Shown here: piece after piece, positions 38,245-53,801 of the stretch | How positions within the stretch are numbered: position 1 is the stretch's first letter | Layout of the letters: every line of letters starts with the position of its first letter | Program-made: the position numbers and the translations under genes | The notes under the pieces: generated by a model | Told to the model about the DNA's origin: nothing | The model's database searches: none | The model's input: only the letters and a program-made list of their open reading frames with translations | DNA from: Eledone cirrhosa | Taxonomy: Eukaryota | Length of the DNA stretch: 64,000 nt | Direction of reading: 5' to 3' | Assembly (NCBI GenBank): GCA_964016885.1 | Contig: OZ024742.1 | Coordinates: 265,422,001 to 265,486,000, forward strand

Positions 38245-38918
38245 ACACACACACACACATACACACACACACACACACATATATATATATTCAATGGAGT
38301 TTCTCGAAACGTAACAGCCTCCTGTATTGAATTAAAGAACAGCAGACTACGATCTCTAACTGGATGGTCAAACGCTCAATATCGGATTGTCGTGGATTAT
38401 GTGAGGGGCATATAATCGAAAAATACACTCCCCTGACCATGAAAATGCCGAAGTACATGAAATACTTGACATCCCTTCGCTGTGCATCTCGAATACTTTT
38501 AACACTTTTAATGCTTGCACTATTTTTAATGCTTATAACATTTCTCCACACACAGACTATATCAATCATATAAAGAATTTGCCACCAGATCTACCAACCT
38601 AACACTCTTGTTTACCTACCTAAGTGCCTCTTCCACACATATCTCTCTGCCTCACTATATAAACAAGACGCACATGCGTGCCACACATATAACATTTGCA
38701 CTATATAACCGCTTATCTTCATGTTGTATTTTAACCTGTATTTTTGATTTTTGATTGTATCTCTTAATATAAATGTAATCTCGAAGTGTGTACTCCCACT
38801 CTAAATTCTGTAATGAATGTTGACCCACAATGTTTGAATATGTATCAATGTTTGAATATGTATCGGTATGTCTCTCGGCTGAAAAGCAGGTCATATAACT
38901 GTCCATGCATTAATAAAT

Positions 38919-38965
38919 TGCTCCGAAGAATCCAAACCTCGGTTTGGAGGAAACAGCTGTAAGCA
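38919..38965 (+). ncRNA. Hammerhead ribozyme motif, CCGAAGA core variant
   Basis: tgct-CCGAAGA-a-tccaaacc-tc-ggtttgga-g-GAAA-cagctg-TA-agca. All three stems are intact, and it lies ~40 nt upstream of (TA)n. Confidence 0.8.
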
Positions 38966-38996
38966 CAATAATGTTTTGAACAGTTCTTTGATTCTT

Positions 38997-39075
<79 letters not shown>

Positions 39076-39849
39076 TGCCAGCTGGTGAGTAAATGATAAG
39101 TTCGTTCGATCGGTTGATCGCTTTGATGGTCGAGGATAGTGGTTCTATCTTTAGCATCCTCCCACCAATTTTACCCTAACAGCCGTGTTGGTCATGTTAC
39201 TGTAAAATCTATAGTAGCTATACTAGCAGAATATAAAAGCATTGCGATTGTGGAATTTTCCTTTCTGTGGAGATGAATTCGACTTTCGTATTTAGGACAA
39301 CCTATTGCAAGGATTTCGTAAGTCCTAATCGTTGATTAGCAATGTTTAATATTTGCAATCTGCTTTTGACGCAATCAGACACGTGCGGTCCACGTTTTGT
39401 AACGATTTCATTGCTAAATTTCTAAATTTCTTAGATTTCTTTAATTTCCATTCCACCTTTTTATGTTCTGGTTGGGTATCTCGCTTCACGTAAGTATGTT
39501 TATAAGTTAGCTTAAATACAGATATTCACACCTATTGTTGAGCAAGTTTCCTGAGCGATTAAGTCCAAAGAATAGCGATGGCTTCTAGAAACCGACTCTC
39601 TCTTTATTGGGAAAAAATTTGTGAAATTATAAAACCAGAAGAACATACACACATACAATCATGAGGGTTGTCTGTTCAATACAAAGCTTGACCACCTCAA
39701 TGTACATGGAGTTTAGTTCTGGCATGAGAATCTATGTGGCTTTTTAGACCAGATATACTTTTAAAATGTCGTCCGCATAAATTGCACCTTAGTCTCGGTG
39801 TAGCTTCGACTGCCTGAGTAGTCTGATCTTGATGAACCCTGAAATGTCT

Positions 39850-41140
39850 CTTTATCCCTCCTTTAGATTTGCATATCTTGTGATATTTGTGGCATTGGTA
39901 AGTGTGAACTGGTTAGTATGTTCTGACGTCAGTAAGAAGTGTTCTATTGTATGCTCTCATGTCCAGCTTCTGACTGACAGGCAGATTTTGCCACAAATTG
40001 TACAAGTAGAAACAGTCCCATTAATTACGTATTCGCTTACTGGCTGTTTTTGTCTTGATATTCGTCTTAATATTTACTTACATTAATCTATCTTGCTCAA
40101 AAGTTTCCACACCGTTCTATATTTTTGAGCGCCAGGTAAAGCGATCCACTGCAAGTCCTTTTTTTTTATTGATTCCTACAAACTTTAAGTTATCCCTCGA
40201 TGCATCCTTGAACATCTTTAACTTGCCCCGTTTCCTTTTTCCCTGAGTAAGTTCCCCATAAAAGAGTTGCTCGGGGATACGTTCGTCAGTCATGCGGAAA
40301 ACATGTCCAGAACACCGCAGTCGGCTTTTCAGAATTATTGCCTTTATGGAACAAAAACCAGATGTAACTAAAACATGAGAGTCAGGAGTGAATGAATTTC
40401 ATTTTATTTTTAGAATATGACGTAAGCAATTTTGTGGAATCGTTCCAAGAGTCTAATGTGATATTTGTAATACGTCCAAGTTTCAGATGAGAACAGAATG
40501 GAGGATAACACAAAAGCTCTATAAACAGAAATTTTTGTTTCAATCTTGATATGTTTTAGTGACCAAACCCAAGACTTTAAACTACCAACAGATGTTGCTG
40601 CCTTTTGAATCCTTGGAGATATTTCTGGATCCAATGCTCCGTCTTTACTCAGTGCTTCCAAGATATATGAAGGATTCAACAACTTTAAGAAGTTTACCCC
40701 TCATATATTTGTTCAGTTGGTGCACAACTTGAACAGGGTCGGGTTGATATAAAACTACCGTTTTCTTTAAGTTTAGAGTCAAACCAAAGATATCACATGC
40801 CGAATCAAATTTGCAACAGTTGCAAACCATGCTCAGTATGACTGACAAGGTCACAGTCATCAGCATGCAGAAGATCTCTTATTAATGAGGCGATCACTTT
40901 TGTTCTTAAATTTTATTCGTGCTAAATTGAAGACATTTCCTACTGTACGATATCTTACATACATCCCTTTATTGTTGATCTAGAAAACTTGAGAGAGCAT
41001 GGCAGCAAAATCACAAAGAGAGTAGGTGCATCAAGGTCTCCCTGTTTTACACCACTTACCACTGCAAAAGGCTCAGAGAGTCTACCTCCAAAGTTATCCT
41101 TTCATGTCTTTGTTGAGAGCTTTCAATAAATCCACAAACT
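39850..41140 (-). pseudogene. Degraded RTE-clade (BovB-like) LINE ORF2 3' half
   Basis: DLLHADD, FGLTLNLKKTVVL, EISPRIQKAA..TKISVYRAFVLSSILFSSETWT..LERFH and GHVFRM..RIPEQLFYGEL. Confidence 0.85.
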
Positions 41141-41151
41141 TCATACATACA

Positions 41152-41187
<36 letters not shown>

Positions 41188-41552
41188 TATATAGAGAGAG
41201 AGAGAGGGGAGACTACAGTCCAGTGTGTGAATGCCTCTGTTAAGGATTTATCAAATATATTCTGCTAGTATTAAGACAGTTAATTTCATTGTCTGTTTCT
41301 TCTTTCTATGACATTTCACAGTTGCTGAAATTAATACTGGATTATGTAGATAGCCGACAAATTAATTTCGTATGAGAAGTTACATGCACACGTATACACA
41401 GCACACAAATACAGGCATATGTTAAGGCATATGAATTGCAACTAAATTCTCTTTATTTCAAAGTTTCTCTCTGTTACTCTTTTACGTTTCGCTTATGAAA
41501 TACACTCTTACACTCATTTCCTACTCTCTCACTATCTTTTTTATCGTATTTT

Positions 41553-41586
<34 letters not shown>

Positions 41587-41841
41587 CCATATACGCAGAC
41601 ACGCATCTACATACGTACAAACACAAATATAGTCACATACATGTGCACATACAAATTTACACTTCACTCTTTGTACATTCACTGCCACTCCCCTTCCCCT
41701 CGCTCTTATCTCTCTCTCACTCTCTTTCGTTCTCTTTCTTTCTCGCTTTCTGTCACTGTCTTCTCTCTCAGAGACACAAATGTATCGGTACACAAATGAT
41801 ATCATATGCATCATGCATATTACATAACAAACTTCCCTCTT

Positions 41842-41934
<93 letters not shown>

Positions 41935-43299
41935 ATATATACTTAGTCACTTGTGTGTGTGTATATATATATAACTATATACGTATACACACTCGGTACA
42001 CACACACATACATATATATAGCTACATACATACTACATACAATATCACATACATTCTTATATATATATACACTCACACAACTTATATTCATATCAATCAC
42101 ATTTCTCTGAATCTTATTTTACATCTTTTTGTTGTTATTGTTTTGGTGGTGGTTCTTCTTCTTCTTCTTCTTCTTCTTCTTCTTCTTCTTCTTCTTCTTC
42201 TTTATCATTATTATTATTATTATTATTATCTGCTTTTCTCTCTCCCATCGACTACTTTTGATGTTACGCCTCTTAAATAGTATTCGCATTCCACTTCCAA
42301 CTCAGTAAATCTTATTTCTCTACTCAACCATCTTTCTGTATCTGTCCCTTCTACCTCCCCATAACACACCACTACAACCTTTCTACACCTACTTACTTAC
42401 GTTTTTTCTTCTTCTTCTTCTTCTTCTTCTTCTTCTTCTTCTTCTTCTTCTTCTTCTTCTTCTTCTTCTCCCCACATCCATTTTCCTACCCTTTCCACAA
42501 ACAACCGTTATTTCTGTGTTGGAAACCATTTCTCTCACTCTATCTCTTTCTCCCTCTCTCTCTCTTTCTTGATCTACAATCACGCTCTTTCTCTTTCTCT
42601 TCTACCACTCTCTCTCTCTCTCTCTCCCTTTCTTTCTCTCTTGACCCGGTTTGCCTTCCTTCTACAGTTAAAATAAAATTTACCTGCATACACATATGCA
42701 GACATACACACATCCAAACATCCGCACACTCACATGCATGCACTCACGCACACACACACACACACACACACACAGCACACACACATACACACACATACAC
42801 CACACACACACTTTTCCAACCCAAGAGCAAGAGACAACCACTAAATACCTGATGTACAAAAAGGAATGTAAACGACTTTAATTCTCAATATACGACGGAA
42901 AATATTGATTATATCATATAATTGTATATTATACATGTCATGATCAATAGATGTCCGAAAATATCACCAATGACGTCCATCCAATATGATGTTGCTTTAT
43001 TTTTATATGATTTCATTAAAAAGATTTTTTTCTCAAAGCAAACTCCTCCATACTATATAAAGATTACTTCAATTTATTCTATCGCTATTGAGTTCTATCT
43101 AATTCCCTCAAATACAGACGTATGTATTTCTCTATCTTATACTCTAGTTTGGAACTGGATTTAGTTGAGGAGAGGCTTGGTCGAAAGATAGATCTGGTTT
43201 TCAGGAAAAAAACTTAGGTGTGTTTCCTAAGGGTTCCATGTCTAGAATAAGGTACAATGGGTACGCAAACTGGACAATGATTAAACTCAAACAGGCGGT

Positions 43300-44600
43300 T
43301 TATTAAAAAATGCTTACATTACGTTTGCAGTTCATAGGTATACCAATGAGCCGGAACAGTAGTTCGCTCTGGATTTATCATCCTCTGAATTCATCTATCT
43401 TGTAGAGTTTAGGAAGTTAAGGAGGATAGGCAAGTTTAAGCAGTTGGAGGGGGGGGGGGGGGGGCTGAAAATACATAAATGATGAATTTGTTTCGAACTA
43501 GGGGCATTACAAAGGTTTACTATTCAAAATCTATCTGGAACGTTTAGAAGAGAAATGGAATGGTTCGACATTAAAATGGTGGAAAAGGAATGGTGAGATG
43601 ATAGTAACGGAAGTTTACAATACGACCAGGGACTTTAGTTTTAGGGTAGCCTGGACGCCCTTCACATCCTGCTGCACACCCATGTAAAATGTGTTGTAGC
43701 ACATTTTCAAGTCAAATATTATGGTAAGATAAGTAACCGGGTAAATGTTTTTTTCTTTGTGGAAGAGGTTAGTAGACTATTAGCACAAGTCGTTGGATAA
43801 GGATTCAATAGGAAATCACTGATACGACTTTTTCGTCGAAGCCTTGGTTGTAAAGGGGAGATTTTAAGAAAGTTCGGGCCTCTTTCAGTTTACAGTTAGG
43901 TAACGAATGGTTACACATCGGGAATGATATATGAGTTTTTTTTTTATGTCAATTGAAGTAGTATTGCAAGTTTGTGTCGGTGCCAGACATAATTATAAAT
44001 AGTGAGAACGTTTGGATTTGTAATTTTGCCTCATACCGTACATGATTGCCGCCTTGACCAGTATTCGCTGGCTGTTTGGATTAATTTCGTTTATTTCGAT
44101 AATAGTTCAGTTATTTTCATGTTGATATAGCTCCATGTCGTTACTAGTATCGAATGGGCAGTAGCTTTTCTAATGCAAAATTCCTTAAATTTTATGCGTT
44201 TTCCGATCGGCTTTCTTCTGTATCGGTCAAGTTCATGGTGAGTTGTGATCTGGTGTAGTGGTCCTTCTTTCGTCGTATTTTAGCTGGGCTTGGGGCTTAT
44301 AATTTATCTCGATGTTTTTTTATATTTTTTGGGGGGGGGGGGGGGGGGCGTGGTTGATGTTAAATTTCAGGAGGCGCATGGAAAGGGGTGGAACAGATAA
44401 TGATTTTATTATACAGAAACTACGCGTAATGTGACGTAGAGGTTGATATGGGTCAATGGTAAGATTAACGAGAAATAGGGATGATGTAGCAATTAACGGA
44501 AAATAGGGATGGTGTAGGAACAACAAGCATGTTCTAACTCATTCTTGAGGGGTATAGAAGGTGACTGGGGTCGAATATAGGCGTTTGGTTTATATCTGAC
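43300..44600 (-). pseudogene. Possible heavily degraded PLE RT region
   Basis: Only faint motif remnants (ILVT..YIN); no open frame. Confidence 0.3.
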
Positions 44601-44684
44601 CTGGGCTCGAGGTTCACTTTGTGAATATATTTAATTACATGGTATGGCAATCGACACTCTTAGTTGCACACATACACATACACG

Positions 44685-44717
<33 letters not shown>

Positions 44718-44830
44718 CGTAAGATAAGAAAATATTTTTTAAAAAATGTTTAAAAAAATGTTTTACTTACTTACTTAAATTTTCACTCCAACTGCATCTG
44801 TGCGCCCCTGTTAGTTGATATATTAAATTA

Positions 44831-44951
<121 letters not shown>

Positions 44952-45226
44952 AAATGTGAAACATTAATTTACTATCAATGTCTTCACGATGGACCTAACA
45001 TACACCAACTGTCATTTATATATATAAATATATATACGTCTCAGTGTGTTTGGCCTTTAACGTTTGTTATAGCTCTGGTTCATCTGAATCATTGAGCACT
45101 TGCCACACATCTCGGAGGTTGTTTTTCGTTATTTCGTGGGCCGAAATGCGATTTTCGATAATTTATTTATATATATATGTATATAAATATAAAGACAGAG
45201 AGAGCGAGAGATGTGTGTGTGTGCGA

Positions 45227-45328
<102 letters not shown>

Positions 45329-48300
45329 GCGTTTGTCTGTTTGTATATTAATCACATATAAAACGTATAGAATTGTGCACGACCTGAAATGTTCCTGCAA
45401 TCCTCCCATTTCACTGACGTTCGTGCACCATCGTGCAATACAACTTAATACTGTACGTAGCCATGATTTTGTAAGCTGTTGAAGGTTTCATTATCACGTT
45501 AACTATACAGTTGAATTGTTATATATTATATAGAACCTTATTGTCTTAGTAAGAGTTAGCTTAACTATCCCCACTTTCTTATAATAGATATCTAAAGAGC
45601 TCTTATTTTTTACTTTTGTCTTACAACTCGGTGTTATGAAAATGCTTTGAATACGAAAGCTGCAACAGCCTACTGTGTTAATGTTTTCTGATAAGGTAGA
45701 ATTGCTCTAATATTGGCCGTGTCTCGCTGCTGTATACACATACAAGCATCTAACATACAAGCGTATTTTCGTAACAAATAAAAACGGTATTTCATTGCAC
45801 ACCACTACTGTCCCACTGATATGCTACACTTATTTCTTGTATAATGTTGTTGCTATCATCATCATCAACATCATCAGGAGCAATTTACTAAAGTTCCCAG
45901 TTGGGGTATAGAGATTCCATTGAGGCATATAACGCTCAGTTCTATTCATTCTTTCCATGTAACGAAACTGACGTAAGATGATTCCCATTCCTCGATTCTT
46001 ACGTGAATTAAAACAGAAGCAATAAGTATTTGTTCCGTTTCTTTGTGATCAACGTTCGAATCTCGCGGAGGTCAATTGTAACTTTTACCTTTTCAGGGTC
46101 AATATATAAATTACTAGTCGAATATAGGAGACATTGTAAGAGTCTCGGAGGCAATGCATTTGCTCTTTTGCATTCTGAGTTCGCATCCCATGACAATGGT
46201 GCCAAGTTGAGTCGGTCTTTGCCTTTCTTCGGCTTCTATTTTTCCAGTATTGTTTCGAATAAAGTTCCCGGCACCATGATGATGACATCGTTTGTGACTC
46301 TATTCAAATTTCAATTCATAGTCCGAGCATTCAATGCTAAATGGTTACGATAAGTGACATTTAGTTTGACCACTAAAACGATGTGGCTGTATATTGTAGC
46401 TTCTGAAAAGTTGGCTGCTGTTAGAAAAGACTCTGGATAGTGATAGTCAGCATAGTTGCAAACATTGGGCTGGTCAAGATTGACCAGCACTCCGCCAAAG
46501 CCAGATCTATACCCTATCTACATTACGATGCATCTCATGGATACATCTGCCAGGGATCGCACATGCCTGCACGTTTTTGACTACACTATCAAGGACACGC
46601 TCCAACCACTTAGATAGCACCTTTACCAAAATCTTCAGCGTACCATATGGTAGAGTTACGCCTCCTTACTTGTTCCGTTTCTTCCTTAACAGTGTAAGCA
46701 TTCTCCGTCTCCCAGTCTTCTGCCAGTTGCAGCAGACGGATGTCAAGACAGTAGCGAACGGACCTAAGATGTAGAAGTTAAGTTAGTGGGGAAGACCATT
46801 TCGTCATGGAGATTTAATGGCTTTTAATTCAGTCAAAAGTTCAGCAGTTTGTATGGAAGTAAAAGTTGATTACATCCACCACAGTACATGAGTGATTTTT
46901 ATTATATCGATCCCGGAATAATGAAAGCCAATGGGTTTCTTAAGTTTTGAAATCAGAATGTAACGATCTGAAACAAATACGACAATGCATATTTTCTGAC
47001 GCTCTACTTGTTCTTGCCCTCAGAATCTATTATTCCTTATTACACTAAACTAGTTACAAAAGGGATACAAATACGCGCGGCGATGTATCACAAAGTTATA
47101 CAATAATGGAGGACATATATTATTCAGTTTATATCAAACGATTCTCTTTGACAAGCATGTTGGCAAAACTTTTATTGCAATTAACAATATAAACAATATA
47201 GTTTTGTTTATCTTTTATTAAAGTCTGAATGTTTGTCGTGTCTGCTTGTTCAATGTTGTTAATTGTTTCATTTTTTGTTTTTCATTTTAAATCATTTCTT
47301 AATATTTTGTACGAGTTTTCTTTGGATCGTGATCAGTGCAGCCGGGCTTGAAGTAATTACTTTGACAAAATATTTAACATAAAGAAAAATTGAATAAATG
47401 CCTAAATGACTGGTTCTTCTTTGAAATCTAAATATCTGGACAAAATATTCGAGGCGCTCATTGTTGTATATATTGCAGTAAAATCTCAAAATACTGAGAA
47501 TGAAACGAAACATGTCTGATGAGACCAAAAACAAATAATAACAATTTGTTCCTTATTAAACCCAAGATCTCATACAAAAAATGTGAAAGCATTTGAGCTA
47601 CAAAATATGTGAGCGCCGATGCTGCAAAAATATATAAGGAGAAGACGGGTACCGACGTTATACAATGAACGAATAAAAAATTTATAAAAACATAAGAACC
47701 AAAAAATGACTTTAAAAATACACTACAATAACTAAAAAAAGATATTTCGTTTAAAAAAACATGAAACCCATTTAGTGTAGCCCGTCCACATACTTCTCTT
47801 GACACTAGCCTCATGGCACATATCAGAGCTGTTATATTCATGAGCATCCTTGATGGCGGACGGGACAAAAATCACACATATCATGTATAAAATTGCAAAG
47901 TAGTAATTCATACACTGATCGAGTGGTATTTCTTCTTCTTTACATCCCTTACCGGTACCATGACGACGTTCCTTCTCCACCTCACCCTGCCGTTTCAATT
48001 TTCCTTGCCTCCAGCCCGGTGTCATATTCATGAACATATTTCAGCGTTTTGGTTGGTCTCCCAACTTGTCTGCATGCATCAGGTTTCCAGAAAAGGGCTC
48101 GGCCAGCAGGTTTCACATATCCGACTAATGTGAGCCTCATACGCCTTATGATATTAGAAAGACGAAGGTGAGAGCCGTATAGCGATCTCTTTGCTGCGTG
48201 TTCTCCAGGTTATGCTCTGGACCCACGTAGCATCAGAGTGAACGTGTCATTAATCCTCTTTGTGAGTTTTCTCTTAGTGTCCATGGCTCCCATCCATAAG

Positions 48301-48429
48301 AGGAGAATGGACTCAACTGTTGCCTTGAATACTGGTCGAATTGTGTGTGTGTGGGGGGGGGGGGCGACTCAACCTGCCGTTCACTCACATCCTACTTTTC
48401 TCGTGAGGAGCTCAACAAGCCTATCAACA

Positions 48430-49280
48430 CCTACAGCATTGCGATTGTATGTGTTCATAATCGCCAATAACATCAGCAAGAACACTCTGTTTACTGCATC
48501 AGCATGAAAAAGGACATTGGAGCTGCAATTGGAGGAGTTGGTTTGACAGTACAAACACACCTCCTTCTTCTACTTATAAAGGTAACTAAGGTAATTAAGG
48601 TAACTAAGGTCAATGACCGGATTATGACAGCAGAATTCAAAGGAAACCCCTAAACTGTTGTTATAAGTTGTTATTCACCCCACAATCACCTACCGGGGGG
48701 CGGACGTAGAACAGTCTTACCATCAACTGAGTGCCACTGTCTCTGAAGTACCCCTGCATGCCATGCTATTTATTGGAGGAGAATTCAACGCACAAATTAA
48801 AGACAAATTTCCATACCACCAGAGTAGTAACAGAAACGGCACATTTCTGGAAGAGTTTCTACATCAACATAACCTCCCAGATGGAAATACCATTTCCAGA
48901 GACGAAAATGGAAACTGTGGACATGGAGATTTCAAGCGGGGCATCTTTCCCAAATTGATTTTATCATTTACAAGAAGCGATGGAGGAACATCATCCATGA
49001 CTGCCAGGCACATACTTCTTTGCAGCTGTAGGGAGAGATAACAGTAGCATCACAGCCAAAATTATACTTAGCCTTCGCTCAAACAGGAAATCCAGGAAGA
49101 AAGAGCATTACCGGAGGGCGCTAATGGAAGATGTCAACATTGCAAGAACAATTGACGACTCAATTGCTAATAAATTTGAATCTTTGCTAGCTGTAGAGAA
49201 AAATTATACTTCCTTTGTATCTATCTGTAATGAAGTGGATGAGGAAATCCTACAAAGACATCTCCGTCGAGCCACACCCA
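48430..49280 (+). pseudogene. Degraded AP-endonuclease region of an RTE/RTEX-like LINE
   Basis: AAIGGVGL, RIMTAEFKGNP, VVISCYSP, IGGEFNAQI..NRNG and QIDFII remnants across frames. Confidence 0.8.
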
Positions 49281-50932
49281 GTGTAATATTTACTGGCGGT
49301 TTTTCATCTGAATCCTCAACAAAACTAAAACCTATCTTTTCCCCGATCAACAAATTGCTACTTCCTCTATCTTCCTGCAGTTATTCGTTCCTTTTACGAA
49401 GAAATGTCAGCTTCAATTTAATGGGAGGGAAGATGGGCCCCTTTTTGCTATTTTTCTAACTTTATCTCAGAAGGAATTCGTTTTTTTTTTTTACTGGGTT
49501 CTTTTTTTTCCCTTTCCCGCTGTCTGCCACCTTTGCTTATTATCCATCTCCTCTGCATTATCCGAAGTCGTTGGTTATGACGAAGGAGAGGAGGATATTT
49601 GACAACCTTGAACCAAATTCAAGACAATTCCTTTAGACGCTTCCGGAACCGGACCCAAATAATCCACAAAGAATAGCAGCTTTCAAGATTGCCTTTGCTG
49701 TTATTTCTTTTAACTTTCCCAGTTCTTCTGAATAGAACACTCTTAAAATTACCGTTACTGCAATATGTGTAGCATCCAAGCCTTCTGTCCTGGACGACCA
49801 GTCGTAATACTTTTCTAACTGCAATTACTACGCGGACTAATTCTGTGATCCTTGTGTGTTTTAGTGGTACAATGAAGACTTATGTGTCTATAGAGAACCC
49901 ATTTGACTACATATTGGCAAAGATCACATCAACTACCACTACCAGCCTAAATTATGAGACAAAGGTGAGCCAGAAATTCAATACTGTGACCAATGTCGTT
50001 TACAGTGAATCTTGTGTCCGTTCGTCCCAAAATCTGTGGATTTAACTTAGGACTAATTCTAACAGCTTGTTTCTTCGCCCATACCTAGTTTTATAACCAT
50101 CACATATTAGTGTCATATTCTTCCACACCTGATATAGAAGATTTCACTCTAATAATAAGCAAGGACTGCCTTTGGCTTTACAGATATGTTACTTCAGCTT
50201 TAAATATAAAAGCATATGTGCGTGTTACAATATTCTTTCGGTTGACTGTTTCATGTTTAGAGCTCATCTGTTGAAAGTTATGTATGGCAAAATGAATCTA
50301 GTGTTTCACTTACATTTTTGTCGTTATTTACATCTGGTAAATGTGTGTGAGTTTGTGACTCTTATTATTGTTGATGAAAAACAAAACTCTAGATAGTTCA
50401 TAATAGTTTCATTGTCGTATTGCCTTATCCTATTAAAACGTGTGTATCTCGGTGTACAATATTCTTATTGATAATTTTGTTGTTTTTTTTGTCAGCGGTT
50501 GTCATTTGTTTTTCTCTGAAGAGACATCACTGCTGTCTATCGTAACTACTCTGTATATATGTACACAAGTAAATAAGAACAAATACAATTTGATTAAAAA
50601 CCAACTTTCTTTTTCTTCTGAATCTTGTATGGGCAGATTTTGAAATTCCCTGAATAGATCAGTCTGAGGAAAAATCAAATAAAAGTATTCCATGCGGTTG
50701 CGTATTGTAAAAGCCAACACAATGAAGGGTGGCTTAACAACAAATCTGAACATGTCAGCAGTGAATAACACTAATAATAGTAATAATAATAACAAGAACA
50801 ACATAACAGTATTAACAACGAATAATTATTGATGATAATAAAAACAATACAATGAACAATATTGAAAATAGCAAATCTTAAACATGGGCAAAAGAATGAA
50901 AAAACATTAAATACTATAAAACATATTTTACA

Positions 50933-50984
<52 letters not shown>

Positions 50985-51611
50985 TTAACAATAATAACAA
51001 TAACTACAACAACAATAATAATTTATAATAAAAATATAATCTACAAACAAGTGCAAAGTATTTTTAATGTTTCTGATCAACACATGCAGCAAGGTGTAAA
51101 CATGTGACACGGAAGTGAGGTGTCATGTACAGTACACCCTAAACCAATATTGTTACCGAATATAAATTTCATACAAATACTAGTAGAATAAACAACAATA
51201 TTAATGAGTTCTTATATTGGCACACATTCAGAAATAATAGATAGGCACAGTTGATGAAGTTGAACCAGTGTATGACTGGTACTGTTGTTAATGGGTTTTT
51301 AAGAAAGTGAAAAGGTAAAGTCCATCTTGATTGAGTTTGAATTCACAATATAAAAAAAGTAACTAAATACAACATTACATTTAACCAGGTAATGCACAGT
51401 CTCTGATATTCTACCACCCGTATAATTATAATAATTTTTTTTCTTTTTCTAAGGTTTGTCTAGCAACCGGTTGCTAGGTGAAGCGTGTTCATTGACCCTA
51501 GATCAATCCCTGATCTCAGAGTCAATATTTAGCGAAGGATTCTGGCAGTGCTAGTGATGGTAGAAATTTGGGCACAACCTATGAAGTCCTTTTATGAATA
51601 ATAATAATAAT

Positions 51612-51812
51612 TGTTTCTATTTTAGGCACACGGCCAGCAATTTTGGGGGAGAGGAAAGTCGATTAAATCGAACCCAGTGCATTACTGGTGCTTTATTTTA
51701 TCGACCCCGTAAGGATGAAAGGTAAAGTTAACTTCGGTGAGATTTGAACTCAGAACGTAAAGGGTCGTAACTCTATGACGCAAAGCATGTTGTCCGACCA
51801 TCTACCAATACT
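51612..51812 (-). mobile_element. tRNA-derived SINE; a second, older copy lies at ~51955-52165
   Basis: Reverse complement of the SINE core (tttattttatcgaccccgtaaggatgaaagg..gatttgaactc). Confidence 0.85.
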
Positions 51813-52584
51813 ATCAATCCCCCGAAAGGTATTGGATATAAACTGAAAAGAAGAAAACAATGTCATGATACCTAAGACCACTGGCTGTGGTCCCCTACCT
51901 TGACTAAGCAAGGAATTAAAATCAATTCTCAGAGAGGACATGATAATAATAATTATTTCTAATTTAGTCAAAAGACCAGCAAGTTGGGGGAAGGGGAAAT
52001 CAATCTACTCGACCCCAGTTCTTGACTGGTACTTTATTTAATCTTCCCTGGAATGATGAAAGGCAAAGCTGACTTTGGTAGGATTTGAAGTCAGAATGTA
52101 AAGGACTGTTATCAAATACTGAAAGGCATTTTGTCAGATGCTCAAACGTTTCTGACATTCCACCCAACAACAACAACAGCAATAACAATAACAATAACAA
52201 TAATAATATTTCATTGCCTTGAAATCTAAAATTCTTAGCTAGAGTTGGGTGGGGTATTGAAAGTAGTCGAGTTCATTTGTTTCTGATAACAAACCTAATT
52301 TATCGTTCAATTTAACACCACCACCTACTCTCAATGGATACTTCGAATACTAGTGTTTATAGTACGTCTCCGGTCTGAGAATATTTCATATCCTCCCCAC
52401 GTCGATTATGGACGACCTGTAACAAATGATCATGGTCGATGCCCTTCTCCAACTCTTTAAGCAATATAAAAAAAATGGAACGTCTAAAATGACTCGAAAA
52501 TCTTCTTTTGTAACAGGCATAAAAGCCCTTATCTATCTATATTTAAGAACATAAGAAAATGGTATCAGTTAGACCGATGTAAGA

Positions 52585-52915
52585 AGCGCCATAGCCGAAC
52601 GGTTAAGAAGTTCCTTTCACAATCATAAGGCTCCGTGTTAGATCCCACTTTTACCATAGCCACAAGTCTACCCTTACCTTGCAAATGAAATTATATTGAA
52701 GGAAACTGCTTGGAAACCCGTCGGATGGACTATACCTGTAATTCAAACACTCAATCTACTGTCATACACTGTGTCACACAGAATCTCTTTGTGGATTAAT
52801 CTATTTCAAATATACGTGTCTGGGGAATACTCAGCCTTTGACGCGTAAATTACATCAGTAGGTCGTTCCGTTTATTGAACAATTGGAACACTGATCGCCG
52901 AAACCGACGGAGGTA
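52585..52915 (+). mobile_element. tRNA-derived SINE (different family)
   Basis: A-box-like atagccgaacggttaagaag and B-box-like gtgttagatccc. Confidence 0.55.
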
Positions 52916-53529
52916 TATTTACTATACTGCTGATTAGATGTGTAAAAGAAGGGAAATGGACATTTAAACCAAACTGGGTCGGAATTTTGACTCGACAACT
53001 ATTTTTCGACTTAGTATGAATTCGAAGGTTTCCTTTTTAATGGATAGGTAACATAAATCTGGGTTGTTCATATGCCGGCCCAGTATTAGCCTTGTAAATG
53101 TAGTAGAACAGCTCTCATCTGTTTGTCAGTCCATGCCGCGCTTGCTTGCGCCAAAGCCTGCGAGAGAAAGTTTGAGCGCTGTGCTAACAAATACCACAGT
53201 AAAAACTAAATAAAAGTAAATCAATAAATGAAATGTTAAAATCAAAAACAGCAGCAATGGCTTTCATTGGAACCCCAAAGACAGAGAATGCTTCAGTACC
53301 AAGATATCATTTTGTACTCCTCTCTAATAATTCTGCTATCCATCATATGTTAAAACGCAAAGTCGACCCTGCTAAATGCTTGAAACAACACCATAGCCAA
53401 ATATCACAAAGCATTTTGTCTGACACACAACTAACACTGTTAACTCCAGATTTAATAATAATAATAATTACTATTACAAAATACCTTGCGGTATTTATTT
53501 CAGTAATTTACATTCAGCCTTAAAATTTA

Positions 53530-53801
53530 AAAAGAATCTCTCTCGAGTCCGGAGGCTCGTTTAACCGGTGCTTATTCCAGTTTCCGTGGCTTTAAGCGAG
53601 TGTACAAGACTCCCCCTCGAACAGGACGCCAGTCCATCGCAGAGTTGAACCCCCAGCTATTACTGGTACTAATTTCCTGCTGAGTATACTGAGCAACGTA
53701 AAAGTGTTTTGCTCAAGAACACAACACACAACCCAGTCCAGGAATTGAACCCACGATATTATCATAATAAGTCCATCACATTTACAACTAGGCCACGCGC
53801 C
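53530..53801 (-). mobile_element. tRNA/CORE-type SINE
   Basis: Minus strand ggcgcgtggcctagttg..gggttcaattcctgg..cttgagcaaaacac..ctgcgatggactggcgtcctg. Confidence 0.8.

Noticed and set aside
47292-47868. Hydrophobic minus-strand ORFs resembling a chemoreceptor fragment
   Set aside because: Hydrophobicity follows from the T-rich composition. The DMFRF..EYF similarity with 50502-50804 is better explained by a shared decayed repeat (gaaacatgtc, HHR stem III-like).
49560-50050. Possible RLE-type LINE remnant on the minus strand
   Set aside because: Motif similarity is too faint to call without alignment.
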